Assembly (NCBI GenBank): GCA_965217865.1
Contig: CBDCJO010000002.1
Coordinates: 5,024,001-5,088,000, forward strand
DNA from: Candidatus Latescibacterota bacterium
Lineage (GTDB): Bacteria; Latescibacterota; UBA2968; SICM01
DNA: 64,000 nucleotides
Direction: 5' to 3'
A model generated the notes under the pieces. That model was not told where the DNA came from. It did not search any database and saw only the letters and a program-made list of their open reading frames with translations. The translations under genes and the position numbers were made by a program. This document shows positions 63,331 through 64,000 of the stretch, one piece after another (position 1 is the first letter of the stretch; each line of letters begins with the position of its first letter).

Positions 63331-64000
63331 CCCGATATGGCCTCCAGGACCATGTCCGTGTTCTCAAGCGTTTCAAATAGGTGATCGGCACCCCGTTCCT
63401 CGAGCTGTTGAATATCATAATTTCCGGTCGCCACAATCACGGTTCGGGCGCCGATATGTCTGGCACACCGAATATCGTTCGGTGTATCCCCGACCACCAC
63501 AACTTCCTCTCCTATAAACGTTCTGCCCGCGATTTCGCCCCCTCGCTGCACCGCGATTTCAGCCAGGACACATCGGTCGGGGTGATCATCACCAAATGCC
63601 CCGAATTCGAAAAAACCGTCCAATCCCACAGCATCCAGCTTAACGGATGCACCCGCCCGAATGTTTCCCGTCAACAGGCCGAGGAGTGTCCGTGGGTCAT
63701 CGTGCAATCTGTTGACGACTTCGCGAACGCCGGGATATAGCTTGGCCTCAAATCCGTTCGATAAACGGACCGCCATTTCAGATACATAAGACTCCCAAAC
63801 CCGGGGAAGCCTTTCGAGCACCTCTGTTTCCACCAGGCCCGCGGAGGACATCAGTTCGAGACAGATTTGCGTATCGGTCTTTCCGCTCATGGTGTACCCC
63901 TCGTGGGAAAAATCTCGACGAAAGACTTCCCTTAGAGCGAATAACAGAGAGCTTCCGCCCGCACCCCCGGAGCTCAGGAGGGTGCCGTCGATATCGAATA
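63327..64000 (-). CDS. HAD family hydrolase (phosphoglycolate phosphatase-like); start lies just outside the window
   Basis: FDIDGTL at the window edge, SGKTD, LLTGN, GAFGDD, VGDTPNDI, VATG. Confidence 0.88.
   Translation of the reverse strand, partial: FDIDGTLLSSGGAGGSSLLFALREVFRRDFSHEGYTMSGKTDTQICLELMSSAGLVETEVLERLPRVWESYVSEMAVRLSNGFEAKLYPGVREVVNRLHDDPRTLLGLLTGNIRAGASVKLDAVGLDGFFEFGAFGDDHPDRCVLAEIAVQRGGEIAGRTFIGEEVVVVGDTPNDIRCARHIGARTVIVATGNYDIQQLEERGADHLFETLENTDMVLEAISG

Overview
A moderately GC-rich bacterial chromosome segment. Two secreted proteins carry paired 'DFDGxGxVDFDDFFLFA' dockerin-like EF-hand tags; with LptG and a predicted outer-membrane barrel, this suggests a diderm of the Latescibacterota/FCB neighbourhood (inference only). 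The backbone is intact housekeeping genes: clpX, ybeY, phoH with a 7TM-HD phosphodiesterase, aspS, hisS, tatC, mnmA, ddl, eno, hisA, hisH, proC, ilvE, recJ, rsmA, metG, holB, rimI and tsaB. Also present are bioF-A-D, rfbB/rfbC-like genes, many sugar-catabolic genes, an IS1182/IS5-type element and an IS1595-type transposase. I found no tRNA, rRNA or CRISPR array. Main observations: (1) a ~330-nt densely paired intergenic region (2161-2490) with a pseudoknot or switch pairing and an adjacent terminator, a candidate undescribed ncRNA. (2) About ten varied inactivating lesions confined to accessory genes, pointing to real genome erosion; they include an internal deletion, a 7-bp duplication, an amber stop, loss of the BioF PLP lysine, frameshifts and an IS insertion. 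(3) An HDOD plus PAS-PAS-HisKA signalling module that lacks an ATPase domain. (4) A DHS-like/RfaE-like kinase/HAD trio of unknown pathway. (5) A helix-hairpin-helix beta-barrel protein behind a sigma54-type promoter. (6) A promoter-leader-terminator unit upstream of phoH-pgpH-ybeY. (7) Inverted heptamer arrays bracketing an aldose epimerase gene. All calls come from motif recognition by eye; no database searches were run.
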